NCBI GenBank assembly: GCA_051530055.1
Contig: CM121342.1
Location: 8,380,388 to 8,444,387 of the forward strand
Source of the DNA: Neoechinorhynchus agilis
Lineage: Eukaryota > Animalia > Acanthocephala
DNA: 64,000 nt
Direction: 5' to 3'
In this document: positions 37,610 through 50,465 of the stretch, in pieces
How the letters are laid out: every line of letters begins with the position of its first letter
How positions within the stretch are numbered: position 1 is the stretch's first letter
Notes under the pieces: model-generated
Database searches by the model: none
What the model was told of the DNA's origin: nothing
Seen by the model: the letters and a program-made list of their open reading frames with translations, nothing else
Program-made: the position numbers and the translations under genes

Positions 37610-40600
37610 CAGTTGGATTTATTTTTTCAATCAATTTCCAGAGATCAGAACTTATCTATGATGATTCATCAAAAAAGGTTTCTAAGGACTCTTTTTCCGA
37701 GTTTGGTTTAATGAACCCAAAAAACGACTTTAAGAAAAAAGACTAAATTGATTTGCCGCAAAAAGTATTAATGAAAATTATAAATAAGAAGATTCTATTA
37801 AAATCAAATATTTTTTACTATTCGGTTCAGGTTTTTTCAATTTGCTTCAAGGGATCAGAATTTGTCGATGAGGATTCAATAAAGGAGTTTTCTAAGGAAT
37901 TTTTTCCCAGCCTTTTTGTCTTTATTTCTATCTTGGCTTTAGTGAACCAAAAAACGATTTTAGCAAAAAAACAAATTGGTTTGCCGCGAAAAGTATTAAT
38001 GAAATTTATAATTTAGAAAATTATATTAAAATCAAATATTTTTACTATTCGATTCGGGTTTTTTCAATTAACTTCAAGGGATCAGAATTTGTCGATGAAG
38101 ATTCAATAAAGGAGTTTTCTAAGGACTCTTTTCCCAGCCTTTTTTGTCTTTATTTCTATCTTGGCTTTAGTGAACCAAAAAAACGATTTTAGCAAAAAAC
38201 AAATTGGTTTGCCGCAAAAAGTATTAATGAAAATCATAATTAAGAAAATTATATTAAAATCAATTATTTTTACTATTCGGTTCGGGTTTTTTCAATTAAC
38301 TTCAAGGGATCAGAATTTGTCGATGAAGATTCAATAAAGGAGTTTTCTAAGGACTCTTTTTCCCAGCCCTTTTTGTCTTTATTTCTATCTTTGGTTTTAG
38401 TGAACCAAAAAACGATTTTAGCAAAAAACAAATTGGCTTGCCGCAAAAAGTATTAATGAAAATTCTAATTAAGAAAATTATATTAAAATCAAATATTTTT
38501 ACAATTCGGTTCGGGTTTTTTCAATTAATTTCAAGGGATCAGAATTTGTCGATGAAGATTCAACAAAGGAGTTTTCTAAGGACTCTTTTTCCCAGCCTTT
38601 TTTGTCTTTATTTCTATCTGTTTAGTAAATCAAAAAAACTATTTTAGCAAAAACAAATTGGTTTGCCGCAAAAAGTAATAATGAAAATTATAATTAAGAA
38701 AATTATATTAAAATAAAATATTTTTATATTCGGTTCGGGTTTTTTCAAAACTTCAAGGGATCAGAATTTGTCGATGAAGATTCGATAAAGGAGTTTTCTA
38801 AGGACTCTTTTCCCCTGCCTTTTTGTCTTTATTTCTATCTTTGCTTTAGTGAACCAAAAAACGATTTTAGCAAAAAACCAATTGGCTTGCCGCAAAAAGT
38901 ATTAATGAAAATTATAATTAATATTATATTAAAATCAAATATTTTTACAATTCGGTTCGGGTTTTTTCAATTAACTTCAAGGGATCAGAATTTGTCGATG
39001 AAGATTCAATAAAGGAGTTTTCTAAGGACTCTTTTTCCCAGCCTTTTTTGTCTTTATTTCTATCTTGGCTTTAGTGAACCAAAAAACAATTTTAGCAAAA
39101 AACAAATTGGTTTGCCGCAAAAAGTATTAATGAAAATTATAATTAAGAAAATTATATTAAAATCAAATATTTTTACAATTCGGTTCGGGTTTTTTCAATT
39201 AACTTCAAGGGATTAGAATTTGTCGATGAAGATTCAATAAAGGAGTTTTCTAAGGACTCTTTTTCCCAGTCTTTTTTGTCTTTATTTCTATCTTGGCTTT
39301 AGTGAACCAAAAAACGATTTTAGCAAAAAACAAATTGGTTTGCCGCAAAAAGTATTAATGAAAATTATAATTAATATTATATTAAAATCAAATATTTTTA
39401 CAATTCGGTTCGGGTTTTTTCAATTAACTTCAAGGGATTAGAATTTGTCGATGAAGATTCAATAAAGGAGTTTTCTAAGGACTCTTTTTCCCAGTCTTTT
39501 TTGTCTTTATTTCTATCTTGGCTTTAGTGAACCAAAAAAACGATTTTAGCAAAAAACAAATTGGTCTGCCGCCAAAAGTATTAATGAAAATTATAATTAA
39601 TATTATATTAAAATCAAATATTTTTACAATTCGGTTCGGGTTTTTTCAATTAACTTCAAGGGATTAGAATTTGTCGATGAAGATTCAATAAAGGAGTTTT
39701 CTAAGGACTCTTTTTCCCAGCCTTTTTTGTCTTTATTTCTATCTTGGCTTTAGTGAACCAAAAAACAATTTTAGCAAAAAACAAATTTGTTTGCCACAAA
39801 AAGTATTAATGAAAATTATAATTAAGAAAATTATATTAAAATCAAATATTTTTACTATTCGGTTCGGGTTTTTCCAATTAACTTCAAGGGATTAGAATTT
39901 GTCGATGAAGATTCAATAAAGGAGTTTTCTAAGGACTCTTTTTCCCAGTCTTTTTTGTCTTTATTTCTATCTTGGCTTTAGTGAACCAAAAAAACGATTT
40001 TAGCAAAAAACAAATTGGTTTGCCGCAAAAAGTATTAATGAAAATTATTAATAAGAAGATTCTATTAATATCAAATATTTTTTACTATTCGGTTCAGGTT
40101 TTTTCAATCAATTTCCAGAGATCAGAATTTTTCGATGAAGGTTCATCAAAAGAGGTTTCTAAGGACCCTCTTTCGAAGCCTTTTTGTCTATATTTTTAGT
40201 TTTGGTTTAATGGACCCAAAAAACGACTTTAGGAAAAAACCAAATTGATTTGCCTCAAAAAGTATTAATGAAAATTATAAATAAAAAGATTCTATTAAAA
40301 TCAAATATTTTTTACTATTCGGTTCAGGTTTTTCCAATCAATTTCTAGAGATCAGAATTTGTCGATGAAGGTCCATCAAAGGAGGTTTCTCAGGACTCTT
40401 TTTCGGAGCCTTTTTTGTCTATATTTTTGGTTTTTATTTAAAGAACCAAAAAAACCATTTTAGCGAAAAACCAAATTGATTTGCCGCAAAAAAGTATTTA
40501 TGAAAATTATAAATAGGAAGATTCTATTAAAATCAAATATTTTTACGATTCGGTTCGGGTCCTTTCAATCTACTTGCAGATATCAGAATTTGTCGATGAA

Positions 40601-40850
40601 GATTCATCAAAGGAGTTTTCTAAGGACTCTTTTTCCGAGCCTTTTTTGTCTATATTTTTAGTTTTGCTTTAATGAACAAAAAAAACGATTTTAGCAAAAA
40701 ACCAAATTGATTTGCCGTAAAAAGTATTAATGAAAATTATAAATAAGAAGATTATATTAAAATCAAATATTTTTACTATTCTGTTCAGGTTTTTTCAATC
40801 AACTTCCAGAGATCAGAATTCGTCGATAAAGATTCATCAAAGGATGTTTA
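37610..40850. repeat. Tandem repeat, ~228-bp unit, ~14 copies
   Basis: GATCAGAATTTGTCGATGAAGATTC recurs at about 37853, 38080 and 38308 onward. The central copies are more homogeneous than the edge copies. Confidence 0.95.
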
Positions 40851-41220
40851 ATTCTACAACTAAAAGTAAATATCGTTATTCGCTAATACTTGCCCAATGG
40901 CGTTTCAAATCATATTTCCGATTTAAAATTCCTTGAGGTAAAGCCGTAAAACCTGTTTTTCACTCATGCAACGTTCATGTTTACCCAACCAATAGTCGTA
41001 CGCGTGCATTAACGAGTGTTTATGGAATGCGGAATGTCGTCGATAGGTTCATGGTGTATGATGCCATAAAGACGTTTTCCACATCGATGTATTTTAGCAA
41101 AAAAACCCGACTCCAGCATTATATTCTCGATTTTTTTGTTCGAAATACGTGTAAACTCACGTTTTTTCTTCTTCTCAGTTGGAAACAGTGAGAATACATC
41201 CGTTGTTTTGTACAAAGACC

Positions 41221-42320
41221 TCAATTGATTTTCACTTTGTTATGCCGAGATCTTAGAGTTTTACAGCATCCTTTGAGTATCTTTAAGAACCAATAGATGT
41301 TTAGGGCATCCAATCCGATACAGAATACATAGAACAAGAGTTTTATTTGTCCCAGGTATTTCCATCCAGTGATTTTCCTAATGGCGTAGACTTTGTACCA
41401 AAACACTGGGATTATTGCTACACGACAGGTGAAGAACACAACTGTCATGAGAAGACCGTTCATTATAAACAAAGAACCCGATCGATCTCGATGAAGAACT
41501 GCGAGGAACCATCGCATGTTCACAAATGGTGTGCTGAATTCAGATGTTAGTCTCAGGTTCGACAGATAAGGAAGGACGTCCAGAGTCTAAAATTATGTTT
41601 GTTAGTGTGCTGCCAAGTTCGATTCGAACTCACCACAACGTTTATTTATGGCAATGAAAAATTAAAGGAATTTTTTTTGTTAAATCCGACTGTTTTCGGA
41701 AAACGAGCAAACCAAAATTCTATTAATTTTTCATCGCCATAAACAAACATCAGAATAGTTCAATCTTCAAACGCTTACCACAACGTAACCGACTGCAACT
41801 ATTGCAATGATGTGATGAAGGATTGACATAAGATCACCAACTAGACGGTAATGTCTTGTCATGATGAACGTATCTGTCAACAAAGATGGATGAAAATCAT
41901 CCTGAGTCAAGGGGGTGCACAATACCTGCTATTAAATATCCCATTAGCAACGATAAATTGGTCCTTAGAAGTCTCGATCGGTAAACGAGAGGACTTGCTT
42001 TCAGTACTTGATCGTGGACCAACATGTAGGAGCAAAGAAGACTTACTGACAACGCATTTATAGTGGAGTTTATCCTTTATTAGGTGTGTTTTAAAGACAA
42101 CAATGTGGACTACAAACCTCGTGTTCCATTCTTTTTGTTGACCAATATTTAGTCTTGAGTACTCAGGCCACCACTTTCGGCTTATCCGAGGAGACAGCAC
42201 TTTGTAGCATAAGCAGTAAAATACAATTCCAGTGATCAGCACTGGCATGAACGTATAGTCGCCTTGAGGATTTATCGTGAAAGTCATTAATGCATCTTTG
42301 AAAACTGTCGGTCGAGGCAT
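41221..42320 (-). CDS. TLCD4: TLC-domain protein (TLCD4/TMEM56-like), four exons with GT-AG introns
   Basis: KEWNTR|INST; GYLIA|DTF; LHHIIA; RLTSEFSTPFVNMRWF; NGLLMTVVFFTCRV; LDALNIYWFLKILKG. All three introns splice in phase as GT-AG. Confidence 0.9.
41640..41748. mobile_element. MITE-like foldback inside TLCD4 intron 3
   Basis: About 26-bp inverted repeats, GTTTATTTATGGCAATGAAAAATTAA / TTAATTTTTCATCGCCATAAACAAAC, with 2 mismatches. Confidence 0.75.
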
Positions 42321-42450
42321 TCTGAAAATCGATTACGGCTAAAGAAAGGCCATCTACCCCTCCAAAGGTGTACGATAAAACATATTTTTCATGCCATTTC
42401 CTTACATAGTTTCAGACTCGCTTCCCTCGCCTCCCACAACAGAGAAACGG

Positions 42451-44881
42451 ATGCTACAAGCCATTTATAAGAGAGCAAAGTGAGCTGTTTTTCGAAAACA
42501 TTTTCGTATAAACAAAAACGCGAAATATAGGACCAAATTCAAAGGACCGAGTAAAAAAGGCGATCCAAACGGACATGATACCTCATCTAAAAGTTCTAAA
42601 TCTTCAATGTCCGTTACATTGGCCGACTACTCACATTCGAGTCTAACAGTCGTTCCGGACGAAATCATCCTGTACGAAAGGACACTCGAAAATCTTATCC
42701 TAAGCGCTAATCAGCTCATTGAGCTCCCTAAGGTACTTTTCTAAAAACCAAACACTTAATAACATAAATGACAATGAATTCTTTTTTTATTAGTGGTTAT
42801 TTCAATTTACGAATTTAATCAAACTCGATTTAAACGACAACGAGTTTTGCGAGTTGGCACCAACAATCGGGAATTTGGTCAAACTCGAAGAAATATCCTG
42901 CAGTAAAAATAGTTTGTATTTTAACAAGGTTTTTCTATAAGTTCTAAACATTTGAAAGATCTCAGTGATCTCCCCGAAAGTTTTCGGACACTTAGGAATC
43001 TCAGAATATTTGATGGAAGTATAAATCCGTTCAGACGACTACCAGATTCGATTCTCGCTGTTCATTCAGTTCAAGAGCTTTACCTGAACGACTGCTTGCT
43101 CGAATTTATCCCCGGTAGCATTGGAAGACTAGTAAATGTCAGAATATTGGAACTGCGCGACAACAACCTACGAACGCTACCAAAGTCATTTGGGAAGATG
43201 GGTTCACTTAGACGACTGGATATAGGCGGAAATGCTTTTGAGTATTTCGTAAGTATCAAATTTTGGATTTTTTAAATGAAAACGACTTAAAAATCGATCA
43301 GCCTGAAGCCTTGGTTAGCCACGGACATTTAAACGAGCTATGGTTGGATAATAACAGACTTAGGACAATATCAAAGGTACTTGTATGTTCGTAATTGGTA
43401 ATCAAAATTCTCTATCTAAGCAAATCCATAAAATGAGCAGTCTGGCATTCTTAGACGTATCATCAAATTCAATAATCAGACTGCCTGAAGAATTAGGAAT
43501 GTGTATGGAACTTACAGATCTTTATCTCAATGACAACCGGTTAAAATACCTACCGGACAGTTTCGGTAATCTAAACCAACTCAGTATACTTAGAGTGGAT
43601 CATAATCTACTCGATACGTTAACGCCTGCAATTGGAAAGTACGCCTATTTTTGTTTGGATTTCATGCTCTAATCGCTTCATTATTAAGCTGTTGTGTGTT
43701 AAAGGAACTTATGCTAAGTGATAATCACCTCTTGACCCTTCCCTCTTCTATCGGCCTTCTTAAAAACCTAGAACTACTCAACGTAGACTCAAATCAATTA
43801 GAGTCAATTTGCCACGCCATAGGGGGATGTTCTCAACTTCGAGTACTTTCTCTTCAATGCAACCAAATCCCTAGCCTCCCACAAGAAATGGGACGTCTAG
43901 CCAAACTCCAAGTGCTGAACGTTGTAAGTTGGCATCGTATTTCGCGTTAAAGTTCTCTAAGAAATACTTTGTCGTAAGCAATAATATAAAGCAACTGCCG
44001 TGCAGTTTTATTCGTTTACGGGAACTAAAAGCCCTTTGGATTTCTGAAAATCAGGTTTGAATCTATATTTATTAAACTCGATTAGTCTCCTTTGTACTCC
44101 ATATACAGTTCAGACTAAATCATTGCCCCCTCTTCAACAAGAAAAAGATCCGAAAACCGGTAATCGATACTTGACGTGTTATCTCCTACCGCAAATCCAA
44201 TTCGGCACTCTTGGGCTGGAACTGAATATGATGAAGGATCAAAAGGGCATTTACGAGCAAACATCGATGGACAGTACTGAGTCCTCGAATGGAAAACCCA
44301 TGGCAGAAGGAGGTAGGATTCAATTCGCGAGTGATACACGAGGTCTTCCCGGGAATCTTTGCCGGATACCGACTCCGTTTCCACGAGATCTTATCAATAA
44401 GAACGTTTCTACTCTATGTGGACAAAGCGTCGAAGTGAATGAGCGATCGGATAAATCCTGGCTTAACCCTAGCACACTAGACGGCACTGGTTGTGGGACG
44501 ACTTTAAGTTCTTTACTTGAATCAACTGGCGGACTCACCGTGGACTTTAACGATGATGAATCCGATGAGTATGGACCTTTGTGGGATAGGCGGCGAATGT
44601 CAGACCGCGGTGTCAGTTGTCGTAACCGGAGTGGTCAAGAAGCGTCCGCGGTCGTTGATGATGGAGGATTTAAAATTCGAGTAAGGAGGCGAAGGACTGA
44701 CAATAGAGAAATCTTCAGTGAAGTTCAGAAACGAATGCAGTACCGAAAAGTTTACGGTGGTCTTATTGATAATGTAATGGATGAGCATCCGAACACTCAA
44801 AGACGATATCTAAACACCGTCAGCGATACGGAGTTTGTGAGATGGGGAAGGCAACGAGTCGTCAGACAATCACAATTATGA
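42451..44881 (+). CDS. ERBIN: LAP-family leucine-rich repeat protein (Erbin/Densin-180-like); no PDZ domain found
   Basis: DYSHSSLTVVPDEIILYERTLENLILSANQLIELPK; about 16 LRRs; LWISENQ|TKSLPPLQQE...LTCYLLPQ (LAPSD region); GNLCRIPTPFPRDL. Introns are GT-AG except the one at 43921-43978. Erbin versus LRRC7 is not resolved. Confidence 0.85.
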
Positions 44882-45970
44882 TCGAGAGAGAGATTGCTTA
44901 AACTCTATTGAGTATATAAATATAGACTTTTGGGCAGTTGAAAGAACTTTTTGATCCTAAGCTAAGAATCATCAAGAACTGTGGGAGGAAAGCTTTCAAA
45001 ATTAGCAATCTTTCAATGATGAGAATAGAATTTCCGTCTACATAGACGTTACAGCGTAGTCATTTTTGTTCCTTTATTTAAAATTCTTGGTCTCGTCGAT
45101 TGTTCCTGTGTTGTCTCCTTCCAGCAGAGATGCCCAGCTCATTGATGTCTACCATTATTCATTGGATACGGCCTTTCATGAAAGAAGAAGACGAGCGTTT
45201 GTATTAGGCAGTCGAAAAATGTTTTTAGATGACTGACAAGGCTTCCTTTTTTGAAAAATTCTTAAAATATGTATTATCCGAGACTCAAACTATATAATCC
45301 TAAAGGATTTTCTCTGTTGACGATTCGTGGAATCTTATTCCTTGCCGTAGGATCAAGGACAAGTTATTTGGAATTTTAACACATTTTTTTAACTAAAAGC
45401 AGGAATCTTTTGAAAATGTTGGAAATGATTTGGTTAAAAATAAGGTAAAATTAACGCCACGTCCAGTCGACAATTCGACACATAAATTTGAAAAAACAAC
45501 TTAAATCAAAAAAGCTCATTTTGTACACAACAACAACAACAATAACTAGTCACAATACACGCTGTCCATCGTTAACTCGACCTTTTGACCACTAATATCG
45601 TTTTTATAATTATCAAGACTCAATAAACTGAATGAGCTTTCTTCAGAAGGATACTGGCACCGGGAAAGACTCAGTTTGGATCTTGGTGGAAGTCTTCGTC
45701 TCTCGATCAAGTTCGGATTCCTAATGCCGTGCTTTACACGTCTTCTGAGTGCAGAGATTAAGACAGCAAACGATTTGCGGAATAAAGTAACAAACTAGAA
45801 AATTGCATTGATATCTTAGCAAATTAATAACCAAAGGAGATAAGAAAATAATCAAGAGTTTCAAATTTTAGTCGATTAAGGTGAATTTTCATCAATAATC
45901 ATCACTTTTATTACCACTAGCGAAAAAATGTTTGCAGCCAAAAGTCGAAACAAAAATTAAAATTTTGTTA

Positions 45971-46127
45971 AGTCGCTTATGAACACCCGAGAAGAGGGAT
46001 TGCATTAAAGCGACAAATGAATATTGCGACGCTGATTGAATCAGTCATTATTGAATTGATTCAATCAGTATCGAAAAATATTCATCTGTTTCTTTAATGC
46101 GATCTTCTCGGGTGTTCATAAGCGACC
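45971..46127. mobile_element. MITE-like long foldback flanked by TA
   Basis: Arms GTCGCTTATGAACACCCGAGAAGA...GCATTAAAG and CTTTAATGC...TCTTCTCGGGTGTTCATAAGCGAC, with further internal pairing; TA on both sides (45969-45970, 46128-46129). Confidence 0.85.
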
Positions 46128-46669
46128 TAAATAACAACAATATATCTCTAACCACTCGACCGAATGCAATCGTCAATAAAAATTAAAAGTTTCGTAAATA
46201 AATCCATTAAGTCTTCAGACGTCTAAACAAGGACAAACTTAGAAAATTAGAATATGAGAAATTCCGTAAACGTCTTCCTGTAAATAGAACCATAAAGAAA
46301 ATTACCCGTTCGTATAATCACGAGAAAGTAGCTGAATAACTTAAGAATTACAAACAAAACTCACTGCTTTTAACGATCCGCCCTAGCACACTCATCAGGC
46401 GTATTCTTTCGACGATGCCATCAGCTTACCATCTCCCAGGAAATTTAAATAGATCCAATTACGAACAACAGACTTTTAAATTTAAAAATCCATAAACTAT
46501 AAAAGTATTTCGCTTTCCGGCTATTATTCGCACATTAATTTATAGATCTGCCGTGCAATACACAAAGTAGAATATTTACCAGTTGTAGGCTCGCTTCCTG
46601 ATTGGCTTTTCTTTTGTCAAAAATCATACGTTTTTGTTGATAAAAACCAATCATAGTGATTTATTTATG

Positions 46670-49640
46670 GACTTAAGCTTGTTAAAAATTAAGTCTTAAT
46701 TCCCTTGAGTTTATCCTTCGAAAAAAACTTGAGCTAGAAAATTAACTTTAAAGAGTTGGGTACCATTAATAATAAATCGCTTCCGAGGTTAATTTTTTAT
46801 CTAAAAATGAATAAAACAAGAAGTTAAGCAGTTGTCCGTGGATTAAAGTTTGTTAAAAAATTAAGTCTTAATTCCCTTGAGATCATATTTGGAGAAAATA
46901 TAAAAACAAAATTGAACCATAAAAATCGCCTCCAAGGTTAATTTCTTATCTCAAAATGAATAAAACAAGAAGTTAAGTAGTTGTTCGTGGATTAAAGTTT
47001 GTTAAAAAAATAAGTCTTAATTCCTTTGAGATCATATTTGGAGAAAATATAAAAACAAAATTGAAGCATAAAAATCGCCTCCAAGGTTAATTTCTTATCT
47101 CAAAATGAATAAAACAAGAAGTTAAGTAGTTGTTCGTGGATTAAAAAATTTGTTAAAATTTTAAGTTTTTACTTCCTTGAGATCATATTTGGAAAAAAAC
47201 TTGAGCTAGAAAATTAACTTTAAAGAGTTGGGTACCATAAATAATAAATCGCTTCCGAGGTTAATTTCTTATCTCAAAATGAATAAAACACATACTGGAC
47301 GATTTGATCGTGGATTAAAGTTTGTTAAAAATTTAAGTTGTTATTACCTTGAGATCACATTTGGAGAAAATATGAAAGCAAAATTGAACCTTAAAAATCG
47401 CATCCAAGGTTAATTTCTTATCTCAAAATGAATAAAACAATAAGTTAAGCAGTTGTCCGTGGATTAAAGTTTGTTAAAAATTAAGTCTTAATTCCCTTGA
47501 GATCATATTTGGAGAAAACATAAAAACAAAATTGAACCTTAAAATCGCCTCCAAGGTTAATTTCTTATCTCAAAATGAATAAAACACATACTGGACGATT
47601 TGATCGTGGATTAAAGTTTGTTAAAAAATTAAGTCTTAATTCCTTTGAGATTATCCTTGGAAAAAAACTTGAGCTAGAAAATTAACTTTAAAGAGTTGGG
47701 TACCATTAATAATAAATCGCTTCCGAGGTTAATTTTTTATCTCGAAATGAATAAAACAAGAAGTTAAGCAGTTGTCCGTGGATTAAAGTTTGTTAAAAAA
47801 ATAAGTCTTAATTCCTTTGAGATCATATTTGGAGAAAATATGAAAGCAAAATTGAACCTTAAAAATCGCCTCCAAGGTTAATTTCTTATCTCAAAATGAA
47901 TAAAACAAGAAGTTAAGTAGTTGTTCGTAGATTAAAAAATTTGTTAAAATTTTAAGTTTTTACTTCCTTGAGATCATATTTGGAAAAAAACTTGAGCTAG
48001 AAAATTAACTTTAAAGAGTTGGGTACCATAAATAATAAATCGCTTCCGAGGTTAATTTCTTATCTCAAAATGAATAAAACACGTACTAGACGATTTGATC
48101 GTGGATTAAAGTTTGTTAAAAATTTAAGTTCTTATTACCTTGAGATCACATTTGGAGAAAACATAAAAACAAAATTGAACCTTAAAAATCGCCTCCAAGG
48201 TTAATTTCTTATCTCAAAATGAATAAAATACGTACTTGACGATTTGATCGTGGATTACAGTTTGTTAAAAATTAAGTCTTAATTCCCTTGAGATTATCCT
48301 TGGAAAAAACACAAAAACAAAATTGAACATTAAAAATCGCCTCCAAGGTTGATTTCTTATCTCAAAATGAATAAAATACGTACTTGACGATTTGATCGTG
48401 GATTAAAGTTTGTTAAAAAATTAAGTCTTAATTCCCTTGAGATTATCCTTGGAAAAAAACTTGAGCTAGAAAATTAACTTTAAAGAGTTGGGTACCATTA
48501 ATAATAAATCGCTTCCGAGGTTAATTTTTTATCTAAAAATGAATAAAACAAGAAGTTAAGCAGTTGTCCGTGGATTAAAGTTTGTTAAAAAAATAAGTCT
48601 TAATTCCTTTGAGATCATATTTGGAGAAAATATGAAAGCAAAATTGAACCTTAAAAATCGCATCCAAGGTTAATTTCTTATCTCAAAATGAATAAAACAA
48701 GAAGTTAAGTAGTTGTTCGTGGATTAAAAAATTTGTTAAAAATTTAAGTTTTTACTCCCTTGAGATCATATTTGGAAAAAAACTTGAGCTAGAAAATTAA
48801 CTTTAAAGAGTTGGGTACCATAAATAATAAATCGCTTCCGAGGTTAATTTCTTATCTCAAAATGAATAAAACACGTACTTGACGATTTGATCGTGGATTA
48901 AAGTTTGTTAAAAAATTAAGTCTTAATTCCCTTGAGATCATATTTGGAGAAAACATAAAAACAAAATTGAACCTTAAAAATCGCCTCCAAGGTTAATTTC
49001 TTATCTCAAAATGAATAAAATACGTACTTGACGATTTGATCGTGGATTAAAAAATTTGTTAAAAATTTAAGTTTTTACTCCCTTGAGATCATATTTGGAA
49101 AAAAACTTGAGCTAGAAAATTAACTTTAAAGAGTTGGGTACCATTAATAATAAATCGCTTCCGAGGTTAATTTTTTATCTAAAAATGAATAAAACAAGAA
49201 GTTAAGCAGTTGTCCGTGGATTAAAGTTTGTTAAAAAAATAAGTCTTAATTCCTTTGAGATCATATTTGGAGAAAATATGAAAGCAAAATTGAACCTTAA
49301 AAATCGCATCCAAGGTTAATTTCTTATCTCAAAATGAATAAAACAAGAAGTTAAGCAGTTGTCCGTGGATTAAAAAATTTGTTAAAAATTTAAGTTTTTA
49401 CTCCCTTGAGATCATATTTGGAAAAAAACTTGAGCTAGAAAATTAACTTTAAAGAGTTGGGTACCATGAATAATAAATCGCTTCCGAGGTTAATTTCTTA
49501 TCTCAAAATGAATAAAACACGTACTAGACGATTTGATCGTGGATTAAAGTTTGTTAAAAATTTAAGTTCTTATTCCCTTGAGATCATATTTGGGAAAAAA
49601 ACATGAGCTAGAAAATTAACTTTTAAGAAGGAGTACTGTT
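46670..49640. repeat. Composite tandem repeat with ~150- and ~172-bp units, ~19 copies
   Basis: TTGAGATCATATTTGG recurs at about 46877, 47026, 47177 and 47349 onward. The long variant carries CTTGAGCTAGAAAATTAACTTTAAAGAGTTGGGTACC. Confidence 0.95.
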
Positions 49641-50066
49641 TAAAAAATCGTCCCCTTTTTTATTTCTCATATCAAAATTTATAAAAAATAGGTACTTAAC
49701 TATTTTGTCCGTTAATAGCAAGCAAATGAAACTAGAAGATGGATTTCATTTTAAAAACGCCTCCAGCTTTATTCCTTATCTCAAAATGTCAAAAAGAGCG
49801 CTACCATTCATAGTTTCTTCATCTTCGACAAAATATTTCTATTTCCGCATATTGAACGAAGACGTTATCAAAGTTGATATAAAATTTTAAAGGATCTTTT
49901 ATTTTTCAGCAAGTGCGAATTTTCTCGTTCTTGGAAAATACATTACGGAAAAAGTAGTGGCTGTTCTTATACCTTTTCAGGAAGCATTTAAGAGTATTGT
50001 TGAGACTTGGAAAATATATTATTGAGGAAAAACGAAGAGAAATTTTAAACATTTTTTCGAGCATTA

Positions 50067-50465
50067 TTAAATTTCGTAAGTAAAAAATGAATTTCTACTA
50101 AAAGGACCTTTCATCATAGATCTTATTCTCAGCTTTATATGTTTTTGACGGCTCCTTTTATTCGTTGACTTTTTTGAAGGCATAGCATTCGCCCTTTGTC
50201 CAAGATTTATTCGTTCTAGCTGAATGTTTCGTTCGTTAAAAAGCATGATGATACAGGCGAAGATAATAAGAATACTAAGCATAATTCCGATTGCGGTCAG
50301 ACATAAAGATCGTTCTCCGTGGCATGTTCCGCATTTAAGAAGTTCCTCTTGCGAAATTCCTATTGCTAATCTTTGTTCCCGAGACAAAGGCACCACCGTA
50401 TTTTCCCCAATCTCATCTGCGACATCGATGAGCCCTCGTTTTCCAATACTAATCGATGGTGGCAT
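50067..50465 (-). CDS. Probable terminal exon of a single-pass membrane protein; upstream exons (50.6-51.8 kb) unresolved
   Basis: Hydrophobic segment AIGIMLSILIIFACIIMLF followed by a basic tail. Upstream frames are protein-like but contain stops. Confidence 0.4.
   Translation of the reverse strand: MPPSISIGKRGLIDVADEIGENTVVPLSREQRLAIGISQEELLKCGTCHGERSLCLTAIGIMLSILIIFACIIMLFNERNIQLERINLGQRANAMPSKKSTNKRSRQKHIKLRIRSMMKGPFSRNSFFTYEI

Noticed and set aside
46380-46430. Minus-strand GAAA followed by CCTGATGAG
   Set aside because: No complementary stem II or stem III partners.
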